Source: Eledone cirrhosa (taxonomy: Eukaryota). From it: 64,000 bases of DNA. The position numbers and the translations under genes were made by a program. The first letter of the stretch is position 1; each line of letters opens with the position of its first letter. Where the stretch lies: NCBI GenBank assembly GCA_964016885.1, contig OZ024748.1:57350001-57414000 (forward strand), read 5' to 3'. Shown here in pieces: positions 25,245 through 37,670 of the stretch. Below the pieces are notes generated by a model, which had not been told where the DNA came from, made no database searches, and saw nothing but the letters and a program-made list of their open reading frames with translations.

Positions 25245-26864
25245 CATACAATATATATATATATATATAATACATGCATGTGTAGATAAATGAGGGTAGC
25301 AATTCTGTATATACACATGTATAGAAGGAAAAGTGCATGCAATAATATAAACATATATATATAGATCAACGAGTGCACCAAATATACATACATACAATTA
25401 TATATATACACACACACACTTAAACAGGTATTTGTCTCGCCAACAACTTCTTCGCAGTTTTGTCCGCCCCGCCTTCGTCTACTAACTTTCTATAGTATTA
25501 CGCAAGAACCCTGAATTCTGGATACCTTCTGTTTATTTTTTTTTTGTTTAATTAGGTAACCTGTACTCTGATAAATTCGTTACAATTGTCTCCACCAAAC
25601 TTTCAATGTCACCACCACCATGCCAAGAACAAGACCGCGGCTCCTTTCTTTTTACCTGCTTGTAATTCCATCTCATTCTACCTTATTTTAATTCACTGAC
25701 CATTTTGGATTTTGGTCGGTTTCTATGGTATGTTTGATAATTTATTAATTTCTTTATAAAAAGGAAAAGAAATAATAACAAAAATTGACAAATATACAAA
25801 CAAAACGAAAACATTCCTTAAAGCATCTATATATATATATATATATATATATATGAATATAAATCTAAGCTTGTTTCTATGGTATGTTTGTTAATTTATT
25901 AATTTAAAAAAAAAAGGAAAAGAAACATACAAACAAAACGAAACTATTAACATTCATGGCTACAACACCTGTTTCATTCATTCCTGGCTTGAAAACAAAA
26001 TTGCTGTTGTCAGTTTCTCTTTTCCTTTTCTTCTAAGATATGAAGAAGACATTTACTCTGTGTTGGTCATGATGGAATGTTTAAAGGTTTAGTAAATTAT
26101 TGGGGAATTTCTCTGTCAATCGGAGGTGTCAATTTACTTAACTAAACTTTCCTTCGCTCATCTTGTTCATTAGTTCGCTTTGTACCGAAACTAACGGTAC
26201 CAAAACAAAAATAAATGAAAAGGTAATGGACATTTGAGAATGTTTATTACGTCTATATCAGATGAAAATACATGCATATAATCAATTAATTATTGCTCGG
26301 AACCTTATAAATATAATACACACAAAACATACAGTCAAAGTGAAAAACCACCCCATCAACATTACGTGCGTAAAAATCGGTCACAACATAAGGGTCAGTA
26401 ACTCACACTTTACTGTTTGGAATATGGTAGTCATCACTACCTGCGTCTATCTGCGAATCAACAATGTCTGGTTTCGTTCTCAAACCTAATTTGGACCATT
26501 TTCTTCACTTACTCTACGTCTATACCTTCTAATACAACACATACATGAACTTATTTTAATCTCTGCGTATATCTATCTGATGCTGCTTGTTATTCTAAGC
26601 ATTCCTTGCTACACAACTTGTTAGATTAAGGGAACAAGGACACTAAAAACATGGGATCACAAACGTTCATCATATCCATGTAAAAATAGAAAAACAAAGC
26701 AACAAATAATTGTTTCTACTTTTTTATAATGTTTAAAAGAATATATTCATATATAATTCCATACAACAAATATAATCACTCCAGCATGGCCAGAACCTAC
26801 TAAAATGCTATAATATATTTTAAAAGGATTATTACTGTTGTTAGTATTATTCTTCTTCTACAAG

Positions 26865-29800
26865 ATGCCCTCTATAAAAAGAGATCACAGCCAATTAAAT
26901 ATTCAAGTAGTTAGAGAATCCCGTGGTAGAGTTTCTCATGTTAAACGCCAGACTGCACCAAATCTATCCCATGTACAAACCACTAAAAAGGCTGTCAAAC
27001 CACAAGGAGAGTCTCATAGATGGGCCAAACCGAATTTATCACTAAACTGTGATAATGAACATTACTTAGACAGCAGTTCAGCATCATCTCTTTCTACCAA
27101 GTCAGCTTTTGCTAGGCTTGGTACACAAGCTGTGGTAACTCAAGTTGCCAAAAGTTTTACCAGAGTTCGAAGTGGTGAATCAATTGATAGGTTTTCGTGT
27201 CATTCTCTAAATAATGATACTACAAGGAAGCAAGTTATCGTCGAAAAGCACAGTCCACCGAAAAAAACACTTTCGAAAATGGTTTCGTCATCTTTACCGA
27301 ACCCTCCTGACCTTGGTAGTTTAGAGAATATTTCTGTACTCAAAGATAATTTCCATTCTGTTGATAACCCAGACATATTTGCTCCTTCAGTGCAACACTC
27401 ACAACCTGAAATAGTTACCATTGTTACAAAGGAACCTCAAAACTTTGGTCAGCAATTCCAAAATAATTTTGAAAAGGAATTATCTCCTACTCCTAGTGAG
27501 TTTATAGAGCAGATGGAAACTAAATCTCTGTCTAAAACAGAAGAGGAAAATATTATATATCCTTCAAACCAAACTCCTCCAAAAGTCTTTACAAATGTTT
27601 TAGATTTGAAAGGATCAAATTCAGATTTATCTGCCAGGAAAACTGTATGTCAGTCTAAAAAAGAAGAGGCCAAACATATATATCCTCTAAAACAAACTCC
27701 TCCAAAAGTTTTTACAAATGTTTTAGATTTGAAAGGATCAAATTCAGATTTATCTGCCAGGAAAACTGTATGTCAGTCTAAAAATGAAGAGGACAAACAT
27801 ATATATCCTCTAAAACAAACTCCTCCGAAAGTCTTTACAAATGCATTAGATTTAAATGTATCTAATTCAAATTTACTAAATGGCATATCTTCCACTAAAA
27901 CTGAAAGTCAGTCTAATAAAGGAGAGGAAAAGATCATGCCACCACCAGACCAAGTTCCTTTGAAAGTCTCTACAAATTTGTTAGATTCAAAATTATCTAA
28001 TTCAGGTGTATCAAAGGATATATCTACCAGTAAAACTTCCCCTGCTAAAGAGAAGACAGCTGTAAAACAATTTGAAAATGAATTGGTTGGAGCAGTTGGA
28101 ATTTCTTCAGTTAGAGAGAAAGAAAACACAAATCCAACTAGGAAGCCAGAGCAGAGAGATTGTTGTCCTTGTGAAACAACTTCAATACAAAAAACGGTGA
28201 ACACCGTAGCTGTTGCGACAGCCGCAGCATTATCAACACATCCATTGATGACGTCACACAATAGGTTAGAGACCCAGCTGACGAGTCTGTTAGAGAAGAT
28301 GAATTCTTTAGAACAACAGATATGTGTACAGAAGCATGAAATGGAGAAGGAAGAAAAGCTTCAGAAGCTGGAGAATCAACTAAGTCAGGTGACAAATGAT
28401 CGGATGGAATATTTGGAAGTTTTACAAAAGCAGATGCTTGCTATGCAAACCAACTTTCTAACTGTGGCGAAAGGTTTTGAAAAAATATTTGGCCACATAC
28501 CTGACAATATTCAACAAAAGATTAATGAAAATGAAGAAAACGTGCAACCATCACATCACAAACGTTCTGAAAATATACTACACTCAAATGATGTTTCAAT
28601 TTCTGAAGAGCAGGATTTTTTAGAATCACTATATCCTGCTACTAAAACAAATAAAGACAATACTGGTTCCTCTTCTAAATGTCATTACTCAAAGAATTTT
28701 GTGCTTAATGAAGATAAACCTGTTAGAAACCCAAGACACGAACATCATATTGAGAAGAGCTCATTAAAAACTGCTCCTAGACCTGTTCAAACTGATAAGT
28801 CTGTCTATTCCATGAAACTCAAACAAGATTTGAGTAATCCTATCAACATAACACAAAGGGCATCAAATATGAAAACAAAAGTTTTGAATACAAAGGAAAC
28901 CAAATCTAGTTCTAAACCAAATCGAACTTCTACAGTAAACCCAATAACTAAATCTCAGAAGACTAACATAGATAAAAGGAAGAAATTTCAACCAAATATA
29001 ACAAAGGAAAAATCTGTTGTTAAAGGAAATGATAGAAATATGCACAATATGCACAAACCAACAACATATATAGCTGAAAAACAATCTATTAATCAACCTC
29101 CTTTGAACTACTCATATCTGAAAACCTTTTCCTCTAACCCTTATTCTAAAGAGCCATATGTAGTGAGAGAAACCCCCAGACAAAAACCTGTTCCTAAAAG
29201 ACAGTCTTCTCCTCCCACTCCTCATCCTCATCCTATTAACACTAGTTTTATTATTTCTTCTTCCCCTGACTCACACCAGGAAAGAATGGAGGTGAATGAA
29301 ATAGAAAATCAAAAAAGTAACTCTATGAAATATTTTACTTCTTCGCAGTCAGAAGCTCCTCTTGAGAAATATCTTCTTGGCTCACCTGTGAGAACTCAAC
29401 TTTTCACATCCGATAAAATTTATGATGGCCTAAAACCAGCTGCTCTTTCAGCTGAACTTATAGCTGGACAAGAAATTCTCCAACGTACCCAGACTAGTCG
29501 GATATTTCTGGAAGAAAACCTAAAGAATTTAGAGCGAGATTATGAGAAGGAGGCTGTGTATAATATTGTCGATAACATTTACCAAACCAGCCCAGCAAGT
29601 CAAGCTTATCAAATGAAACGTAAAGTTGACCAGTGTATTGCTAAAGTGCAGTTAGATATTCAGAAAGAACTGTCTTCAGATACTGCTACTGTGAATAAAC
29701 TTTCTTTGTTGAATCCTGCTACTAAAAGGAATAGATTAGTGAAGAATAAAGACTCTGAACAGTTAAATGGTCCCCGACAAAAACAACCAAAAGTTGTAGT

Positions 29801-32800
29801 TAAGAAAAATGAGAAATTTTCTCAAGGTTCAAACAAAAACATGAATGTCTTATACCAAGACCAAGAATATCTGACCCAAGTATTTGGGAAAGCAACTTAC
29901 CAAAATAAGAGAACTACTATTCGAGAGCCATATTTACATATAAGAAATAAACCGCAGGCCAGGGTCGCTCAACCGAAAGCTATGGTAGATGTTAAAGGAA
30001 TACAGAAGAAATCGGCCAAGACTCAAACAGTGGAAGAAAAAGGGAAAGTTGTTGAAAAATCTGCTGGAATTAGGGCTGATGATAAGAAATATTTCTTTGC
30101 CAGCAAACCTAACAATGATTCTAACCACTTGCAGAACTCAGGCCTGGTACCAGGCCATTTAGGTTACATGGCCGTATCGTTGAGGGAACCAAGAATGGAC
30201 TCTGGGTTGACTCATGCTGTTACAGTTAGGCCAGGTAGTTCTATAGTCGTTGCTCCTCAGGACCAACCTAAAGTTGTTTCTGCTGAAAATGTTGTCCTCT
30301 GCAACGTTCCTTTTGCAAATGAAGGAGAGAAACCAACAAAAAAACCTTCGTTGAGTAAGCAGAACTTACCATCTGTTGATATAGTTAGTAAGCTGAGTGA
30401 AGATAAAGAGAAAAAGACTATACATTTTAATATTGACAGCCAGGAGAAAAATCTTCACCCTCCATCTTTTGAGAAATCAGTTATGATTGTTGAAAGCATT
30501 GATAATGAAGATGAAATACCATATGAGAGATCAATCGATGGTTCAGATATTGCTGAAGTTGAAGAAAATGCTGAAAGCGATGTAGTTGTTGTGAATTCAA
30601 AAGCTAAAGAAACCAATGAACCACTTACTAATAATAACAACAACAATCAGGTATTACCACAGCAGCTAAAATGTTTAACTGGCTTAACATCCGAACTAAT
30701 GTTGACTAAAAACCATAAAATAGCAGCCACTTTAGCAACAATTCAAACAATGCCAGTTGATGCTGAATCAATGGAGCAGGAAGAGACTTTGAAGGAAATT
30801 GTTCAGTTAGTGGAAAAAGAGCTTCTGTCACAAATAACTTCTGATCCACAGTCGACACCTAATTCCGACGTTGATCTTTTGCAGGAGAATTCTTTGACTG
30901 CAAATAATGGCAATAACAACTGTAATGAAACAGATGCTGTAATGAAACCGGGTGCTCCCAAAATAAAAGACCCAATCACTGAAGATTCTTTGATACTGTT
31001 TCAGCTAATTGAGGAAATACTTTCTGATAAAGTTAGCACAATTTTAGAAAAAGACTATGATGTTTCGAACATTCCCAAATCAGACAAACCTTCAATACAA
31101 ACGCCACCTAATCAGTTAGAAAGTGGGGAAATTTGTCAAACAAAAGCGAATGAATCTTCTTTAGTCAAACTTGATGCAGTTTGTCAAACAAGTGTCATAT
31201 TGTCAAATGATTTAGTTGCGGAAGATTTAGTATTAGATAAAGATAGACATTTTACTGATAAAATAGTGTCTGAAAATGCAGTTGCTTCTTTGCCTGAAGA
31301 AGAACCTAAAGAAGTGGTTCTTGTTGACACTGCCATTCCCCCAGAATTTAATGCTGTGATAAACCAAGAAGGTGGTGGTGTTTCAATAAACGATGAAACT
31401 GCAATAAATTCGTTAAATTTAAATAAAACTTCTGTAGAACAAGAAGATAAAACTAAAGCACAACACACCACTGCTGGTGATGATTCTGATGATATCCCAA
31501 TACAGAGTTATGGTCGAAATATTGTCCACGATTTCAACAGAAATGCGTCAAAAGACTTAACTGTTGATATAGTGCCAACTCCTAACATATCATCAGTAAT
31601 GCAATACTCTGAAAATCTTGTGACAAACTCAAATGAAAATACAGATGCAACCACAAATCAAAATTTGCAACCTCCCAGTAGTTTTACAATGCAACCATCT
31701 GCTAGTAAACTGCAAATCACCAATGATACTGTAAAGCAAGGCTATGTAAATGTTGTGGCACAGGACTATAACAAAGATACTACTAACATTCCAGGTAGTA
31801 ACGTGGGAGAGCGGTCTGAAGCAGAATACGCTCAAGAGATACAAAGGCGGAAAAGGGAAGCAACTCTTGCTAAGTTGAGGATTGACAAAATGCAGTCCAT
31901 CTATATTCCACCATACACACGTGTTCGGTCCCCTGTCAGGCACGTACAATTGGTTGAGATAACTTCGAAATCTTTAGACGAAACAGAAAATGAAAAGAAC
32001 GAAGAGAAAGATCAGTTTGTGATGCCATCATCATTACCATCACAACCACTACCACAACGGTCTCTTTTGTCACATTCCCCACCACAATCACCTGCATTAC
32101 AGTCACCATTACACCTCCCAAGGTCACACAAAACAACAATGCCATCACACACCACAACATCTTCACAGTTTTCACCATCACACCCAACATCACCTTCACC
32201 ACCATCCCCTATTCCCCATTCTCAAGGCCCCGATGCAGGAAAAAGCCCCAGATCTCTGTTCTCGCCTGAAAATCTTGATTCCCCCAGAGAGGCTATTGGC
32301 AAAGAAGTAATTGGAATTGAAGAAAATGCTATAATTGCTTCCCTCGAAGAATTAAATTTGTTGCCCAAGTTTGATGATGATATAAATGAAACCAATGAGG
32401 AAGACATTCCTGCAACTGATGTAGGTATATCTGAGTCTTCACCATCATCAGATAAGGTGAGCAGCGAGTCAGCGTTATCAGGAAGTGGTAGTAGCAACAC
32501 TGCAGGTGAGAGTCTCTCTGATGGTCAGTGGCTGTTGAGTCAGAGTGAAGGACAAGCGCCATTGTATATGGTCAGTGATGGTGTTTACAAACGCATTCTC
32601 GCCGATGTCAGCGTCAACAGCACACTTAAGGACTCAAACGAGTTAACACGTGATGAGATGGCTGAGACCACTTACAGTGATGGAGAGTTTGTCTTTCAAC
32701 ATCGAGTACCACCCGAGAAAGATCCAGTCTTACAACTTGTTCTGAAAATGGGGAACACTGGCTTGAATCCCCCTGAAATGTTACCAGGGACCATTGATAA

Positions 32801-33527
32801 TGATGCAGAGGGTCAAAGAAGTCCAGGAGAGCTGGCAATGTCCAGTTCAGACGTAGGTCAGGCTACATTGGAGACTTCTTCTGATTATGTTGCTGCCACA
32901 TCATCAACAAATATGAAGCCAGTGAATGTCAGTAAAATGGTTAAAACCACCGATGTACCTCAGCAGTCTTCTCACCCTTCTAAACAACCACATGTATATT
33001 CTGGTGATAAAGGCAAAACAAATGCACGTGTGATTTTTGTTGGGTTGAACAAGGATGAAGAAACTTCAGATATGAAACCAGAATTAGAGTTGGAAAACCC
33101 ACAGGACCAACCTCCACTCACACTAAATCTGGAACAGAAGGGGCCACTTGTACCAAAAGCCCCAAACACAACCTCAAATCTCATGTTACCCTCACTACAG
33201 AGTCCTGTGCAATCTCCAGTATTTCCCTCCTCAAGTCATTCCTCTGTCAAGGTATTACCAAAATCAGTACATTTCAGTCAGTTTTATGGATTAGACCCCA
33301 TTGTTTCTGACAGTGCCTCCTCATACGATGGAAGCCAATTTGGTGACACTTCTACTGAGCCAGGTATACGTAGGACATTATCTGGTGACATTGATGACAT
33401 GAAAGATGCTCAAAGTTTGCCGAGACCTCCCCTTTTACCTCACAGAATACCTGTAGCAATACCTAGTCCTGGAGAAATCTGGGATGATGAAGACATAGAA
33501 GAAATTTCATTTCAAGAAGGTGTATGA
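26865..33527 (+). CDS. KIAA0586: TALPID3 (KIAA0586) homolog, centrosomal/ciliogenesis coiled-coil protein, single coding exon ~2220 aa
   Basis: Blocks resembling vertebrate TALPID3 in the expected order: TVAVATAAALSTHPL..LETQL, RMEYLEVLQKQMLAMQTNF, FLEENL..AVYNIVD..KRKVDQCI..IQKELS, DQEYLTQVFGKATYQNKRTTIREPYL, YFF..GHLGYMAVSL, C-terminal SDG/SEG motifs; first ATG at 26865. Confidence 0.85.
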   Translation: MPSIKRDHSQLNIQVVRESRGRVSHVKRQTAPNLSHVQTTKKAVKPQGESHRWAKPNLSLNCDNEHYLDSSSASSLSTKSAFARLGTQAVVTQVAKSFTRVRSGESIDRFSCHSLNNDTTRKQVIVEKHSPPKKTLSKMVSSSLPNPPDLGSLENISVLKDNFHSVDNPDIFAPSVQHSQPEIVTIVTKEPQNFGQQFQNNFEKELSPTPSEFIEQMETKSLSKTEEENIIYPSNQTPPKVFTNVLDLKGSNSDLSARKTVCQSKKEEAKHIYPLKQTPPKVFTNVLDLKGSNSDLSARKTVCQSKNEEDKHIYPLKQTPPKVFTNALDLNVSNSNLLNGISSTKTESQSNKGEEKIMPPPDQVPLKVSTNLLDSKLSNSGVSKDISTSKTSPAKEKTAVKQFENELVGAVGISSVREKENTNPTRKPEQRDCCPCETTSIQKTVNTVAVATAAALSTHPLMTSHNRLETQLTSLLEKMNSLEQQICVQKHEMEKEEKLQKLENQLSQVTNDRMEYLEVLQKQMLAMQTNFLTVAKGFEKIFGHIPDNIQQKINENEENVQPSHHKRSENILHSNDVSISEEQDFLESLYPATKTNKDNTGSSSKCHYSKNFVLNEDKPVRNPRHEHHIEKSSLKTAPRPVQTDKSVYSMKLKQDLSNPINITQRASNMKTKVLNTKETKSSSKPNRTSTVNPITKSQKTNIDKRKKFQPNITKEKSVVKGNDRNMHNMHKPTTYIAEKQSINQPPLNYSYLKTFSSNPYSKEPYVVRETPRQKPVPKRQSSPPTPHPHPINTSFIISSSPDSHQERMEVNEIENQKSNSMKYFTSSQSEAPLEKYLLGSPVRTQLFTSDKIYDGLKPAALSAELIAGQEILQRTQTSRIFLEENLKNLERDYEKEAVYNIVDNIYQTSPASQAYQMKRKVDQCIAKVQLDIQKELSSDTATVNKLSLLNPATKRNRLVKNKDSEQLNGPRQKQPKVVVKKNEKFSQGSNKNMNVLYQDQEYLTQVFGKATYQNKRTTIREPYLHIRNKPQARVAQPKAMVDVKGIQKKSAKTQTVEEKGKVVEKSAGIRADDKKYFFASKPNNDSNHLQNSGLVPGHLGYMAVSLREPRMDSGLTHAVTVRPGSSIVVAPQDQPKVVSAENVVLCNVPFANEGEKPTKKPSLSKQNLPSVDIVSKLSEDKEKKTIHFNIDSQEKNLHPPSFEKSVMIVESIDNEDEIPYERSIDGSDIAEVEENAESDVVVVNSKAKETNEPLTNNNNNNQVLPQQLKCLTGLTSELMLTKNHKIAATLATIQTMPVDAESMEQEETLKEIVQLVEKELLSQITSDPQSTPNSDVDLLQENSLTANNGNNNCNETDAVMKPGAPKIKDPITEDSLILFQLIEEILSDKVSTILEKDYDVSNIPKSDKPSIQTPPNQLESGEICQTKANESSLVKLDAVCQTSVILSNDLVAEDLVLDKDRHFTDKIVSENAVASLPEEEPKEVVLVDTAIPPEFNAVINQEGGGVSINDETAINSLNLNKTSVEQEDKTKAQHTTAGDDSDDIPIQSYGRNIVHDFNRNASKDLTVDIVPTPNISSVMQYSENLVTNSNENTDATTNQNLQPPSSFTMQPSASKLQITNDTVKQGYVNVVAQDYNKDTTNIPGSNVGERSEAEYAQEIQRRKREATLAKLRIDKMQSIYIPPYTRVRSPVRHVQLVEITSKSLDETENEKNEEKDQFVMPSSLPSQPLPQRSLLSHSPPQSPALQSPLHLPRSHKTTMPSHTTTSSQFSPSHPTSPSPPSPIPHSQGPDAGKSPRSLFSPENLDSPREAIGKEVIGIEENAIIASLEELNLLPKFDDDINETNEEDIPATDVGISESSPSSDKVSSESALSGSGSSNTAGESLSDGQWLLSQSEGQAPLYMVSDGVYKRILADVSVNSTLKDSNELTRDEMAETTYSDGEFVFQHRVPPEKDPVLQLVLKMGNTGLNPPEMLPGTIDNDAEGQRSPGELAMSSSDVGQATLETSSDYVAATSSTNMKPVNVSKMVKTTDVPQQSSHPSKQPHVYSGDKGKTNARVIFVGLNKDEETSDMKPELELENPQDQPPLTLNLEQKGPLVPKAPNTTSNLMLPSLQSPVQSPVFPSSSHSSVKVLPKSVHFSQFYGLDPIVSDSASSYDGSQFGDTSTEPGIRRTLSGDIDDMKDAQSLPRPPLLPHRIPVAIPSPGEIWDDEDIEEISFQEGV
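27530..28030 (+). repeat. In-frame 123-bp (41-aa) tandem repeat in TALPID3 N-terminus, ~3 copies plus one degenerate
   Basis: IYP..QTPPKVFTN..LDL units start at 27555, 27678, 27801. Confidence 0.9.
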
Positions 33528-34353
33528 GAAGCTGTCTCTCTCACTGCTTATCACTTTTCTCACTGCATTTCAAATGAAAGCCTTTGTCTATAATTTTCAA
33601 ATAATTTGAAAAATAATCAAGAATTTGGTGAGAATGAATAATATAATTAACTTTCTCATTATTGCACTGGTGTTTGGAACATAACTTGAATGTTCTTTCT
33701 TAAAATTACAATGGAACATTTTAAGATAAATATAAGCACTTAAAAAATAAACAGTTTTGTATAACAGCGCCAAGGGCTGGTTCAGGCAATTTGGTATCAA
33801 AATGGTTAAAGAGAATTTACTCGCATTCCTATTCTTTAATCAGAATGTTGTAGCTCAATACTGTCAAGGTTAAAATACTGATTGGTGGAGACATTATAAT
33901 TATTACAACTACACTCTCCAACCTCTGTAATATAACATAACAAAGCTTAGCTCATTCTACCTGTCTAATAAGACAGACAAATACCTCTCCAGGTTTAAAC
34001 CCGAATACTTAACAGGCAGCAGAATAAAAACATGTTTCTATCAAAATATTGATAAATAATTTTAAAATGTACTAATATTGGTATCCATAAACCAAAAACA
34101 AAAATATTACTACTACAAATAATGATAATATTAAATATAACAAACATTTCTGCCATGTTAGGCTGACAACAGAATGGTTGGAAAACAGCTAGTTTTATTC
34201 ATTCACTGACCTCTTTATTGTGAAAAGAATGACTTGGAAAATGGCTATATATTTAAAAAAAATATATTTTCTTAGTTAGTCTGAGAAAGAGATACACTGC
34301 TTATGATATATTTGGTAGTTCTTCAAAAGTGGTGGGATCAATGTGGTTGATGT

Positions 34354-34577
34354 TTAACCCTTTTGTTACCAAATTTCTAAAGAAAAACACTGTCTATGAT
34401 TTTCAAATAATATTCAAGAATTTAGAAAGATTTATTCAAATAATTTTCTAATCATTAAGCTGGGGTTTGCCATATGCCTTAAAGATTCTTACATTAAATT
34501 ATTATGGAAGGGTTTTAGATAAATATAAACAGTTTTGTATCCTAAAACCAAGAGTTGTTTGGTATGAAAGGTGTTAA
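34354..34577. mobile_element. piggyBac-type (TTAA) MITE, second family; related decayed copy ~33575-33810
   Basis: TTAA|CCCTTTTGTTACCAAA...TTTGGTATGAAAGGTG|TTAA. Confidence 0.55.
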
Positions 34578-35708
34578 TATGAGTATTTGTATATATAGGG
34601 AAGGTACCAGGGGTAAGATTGCAGCATTTGTGAGTGGAAGACTTTGCAATGTTTCACCAGACTATTATTGGAAGAAGAAAGCCGATGAGTTAACAGAACT
34701 TATAGAGCTTTCTGAGTATAAATATTGCTAACACAGACTGTTTTTCATCTAAATGGAGTCAATAAAAAATTGATTAAAAAATACAACACTACTGGTAAAG
34801 GACTGTAATAGATTTAATGGATATATTTATTTTTACTTCACCTTTTGTACCTGAAGCAATCTCTATTATTGGAAGAAATACTTAAAAACAAAGAGAATGA
34901 GAAAAGAAGAAAAATGGAAGCATAAAAGAAATTTCACACAAAATTCTAACTTTACAATTTTAATGTCCTAGACTGTATGAAACCACATTAAAAAAACATT
35001 CTTGTAAAGTACAAAACAGAATTATGACTTCATATTAAAAATGAGAAATTTGACTCTGATACTGCAAATGTTCACAAGGATCTGTCTACTAGTTAATATA
35101 CTATAATCATTTGAATTAACAAACCACATAAAACCTCATTAGCAAGACAATTTGTGAAGAATACAACACAATGCTATGACTGCATCACATAAAAAATTAG
35201 AAATTTTACTCTAATACTGTATTTTTCACAAAGATCTGTCAACTAGTAAATATACTATAAACATTTGAATTAACAAACCTGCATTTCAATATTTTCTGCC
35301 AAATTATTTGCGAGATGTTAAGAGTTAAAGAAAAACATTGACCAGAAATCTACAAATGTTTTCTAATTTTTCCATATTATATTTGAGACTCAAACTTGTT
35401 GAGTTCCTGTGAAATATTTTTCTGTCTTTGTCTGCGATATATGCTCTCTTCTTTCAATGTTTGTTTGTTTGGGGTGATATCTTTCAAGATAGCTAAGGAT
35501 GGACCTGATTTCTTTTGAGATAAGCCAACAGTATTAATATTCCCTTCATATCACATGAGAACACATAGAATTATTTTGTAGCCACTTACCCACAAGTAGG
35601 TTAGTTTCTCCATTAGTGGCCAACACAGTCAAGTGACTATATAATAACTGAAGCATATTAATACATAAACAAAAAAAAAAAATCTGAAGTGTTTATATAA
35701 TTGATTAC

Positions 35709-35938
35709 ATGTATATATGTGTATATGTGTATGTACAAAAAGGTGTATGTATGTGTGTCTCTCTCGGTGCCTCTCTCTACATATATGTATATGAACCTAA
35801 TAAGCCTGTTTTTGCATCTGTGTTTGTTTTGTTTATTCTTGAACTATATATATGTTTATCTATCTATCTAATCTCTCTCTCTGCATATATATATATATAT
35901 ATATGTACATGTACATATATAATATGTGTGTGTTTGTA

Positions 35939-35976
<38 letters not shown>

Positions 35977-36489
35977 CATCATCATCATCATTGTTTAACG
36001 GTATATATTTATATATAATATATGTGTCTGTGTATATATATATATATGTGTGTGTATGTGTGTCTGTATATATATATATATATGTGTGTGTATTTGTATA
36101 TATGTAATATATGTGTGTGTTTGTATATATGTAATATGTGTATGTGTGTTTGTATATATGTAATATGTGTATGTGTGTTTGTATATATGTAATATGCGTA
36201 TGTGTGTTTGTATATATGTAATATGTGTATTTGTCTATATGTAATATGTGTATGTGTGTATGTATATATGTGTATATGTGTATGTACAAAAAGGTGTATG
36301 TATGTGTGTCTCTCTCGGTGCCTCTCTCTACATATATGTATATGAACCTAATAAGCCTGTTTTTGCATCTGTGTTTGTTTTGTTTATTCTTGAACTATAT
36401 ATATGTTTATCTATCTATCTAATCTCTCTCTCTGCATATATATATATATATATATGTACATGTACATATATAATATGTGTGTGTTTGTA

Positions 36490-36527
<38 letters not shown>

Positions 36528-36650
36528 CATCATCATCATTGTTTAACGGTATATATTTATATATAATATATGTGTCTGTGTATATATATATATATATATG
36601 TGTGTGTATGTGTGTCTGTATATATATATATATATGTGTGTGTGTGTCTA
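35709..36650. repeat. ~390-bp near-identical direct duplication (551-bp period) among TA/TG microsatellites
   Basis: TACAAAAAGGTGTATG at 35734 and 36285 with matching downstream sequence. Confidence 0.85.
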
Positions 36651-37053
36651 TATATATATGTGTGGGTGTGTGAAAATGGCTCTGCAGCCAAAATGAATTA
36701 ATTAGTATGAACTAACAAATGTTTATACATAACACTCTCCCACTCACGTGAACAACATTCTATAGATTTTAATATTGAAACAAAAACAATGGTTTTTTTA
36801 AAATATTCTATTTATAACACTTGAATAATATATTTGATAGTATGAGCATGGATTTGAACAAGGAGTGACAGCTCCATTGTGTCTCAAATCAGTGCTCTAT
36901 AGTATCTAATTTAATTTTATGTTGAACATTTACACAGTTAATTCATTGATAATATAAATACTTTTAACATAATTGTATCAGGTTTTTGTTGTTCTTAAAA
37001 CTCTTTTATTTTATCATCCCAGTTTGATACATTCCAGCAATTGTATGTATATA

Positions 37054-37144
<91 letters not shown>

Positions 37145-37197
37145 GTGTGTATATATATATATATATATACATATGTGTGTGTATATATATATACATA

Positions 37198-37242
<45 letters not shown>

Positions 37243-37670
37243 ATATATATATATATATATATTAGAAAGTGAGGTTTTTTTTACAAAATGAAAAATAACC
37301 GAGGTGTCCTACACGAGTGAAAGTATAAAGAAAAAAAGATGAAATCGAAAATGCAACTGGAGTCTTATTTAAAAAAAAATATATATATTTATTTGGTTCC
37401 TTTACCGGTTTCGCAGTTCTTCTGCTTTTCAAAAGTAGAGTTGAGATGGAGGGTCTGTGGTTTTTCTCACATCTGGTTGGTCTTTGAATGTTACTTGCTT
37501 TATATGGAAAAAAGTGGCTTGAAACGCCAGGTTTTTAGAGAAGTAATTTGATTGGTTGGTCAATAATTATAATAAATTTCGCGCCAGTTCGCGTAACAAA
37601 TGTGTGTGTGTGTATATATATATATATGTGTGTGTATATATATATATATATATGCGTGTATATATGTGTA

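Noticed and set aside
26838-26864. TTG start for the TALPID3 ORF
   Set aside because: Eukaryotic context; segment looks like a polypyrimidine acceptor and ATG at 26865 is preferred
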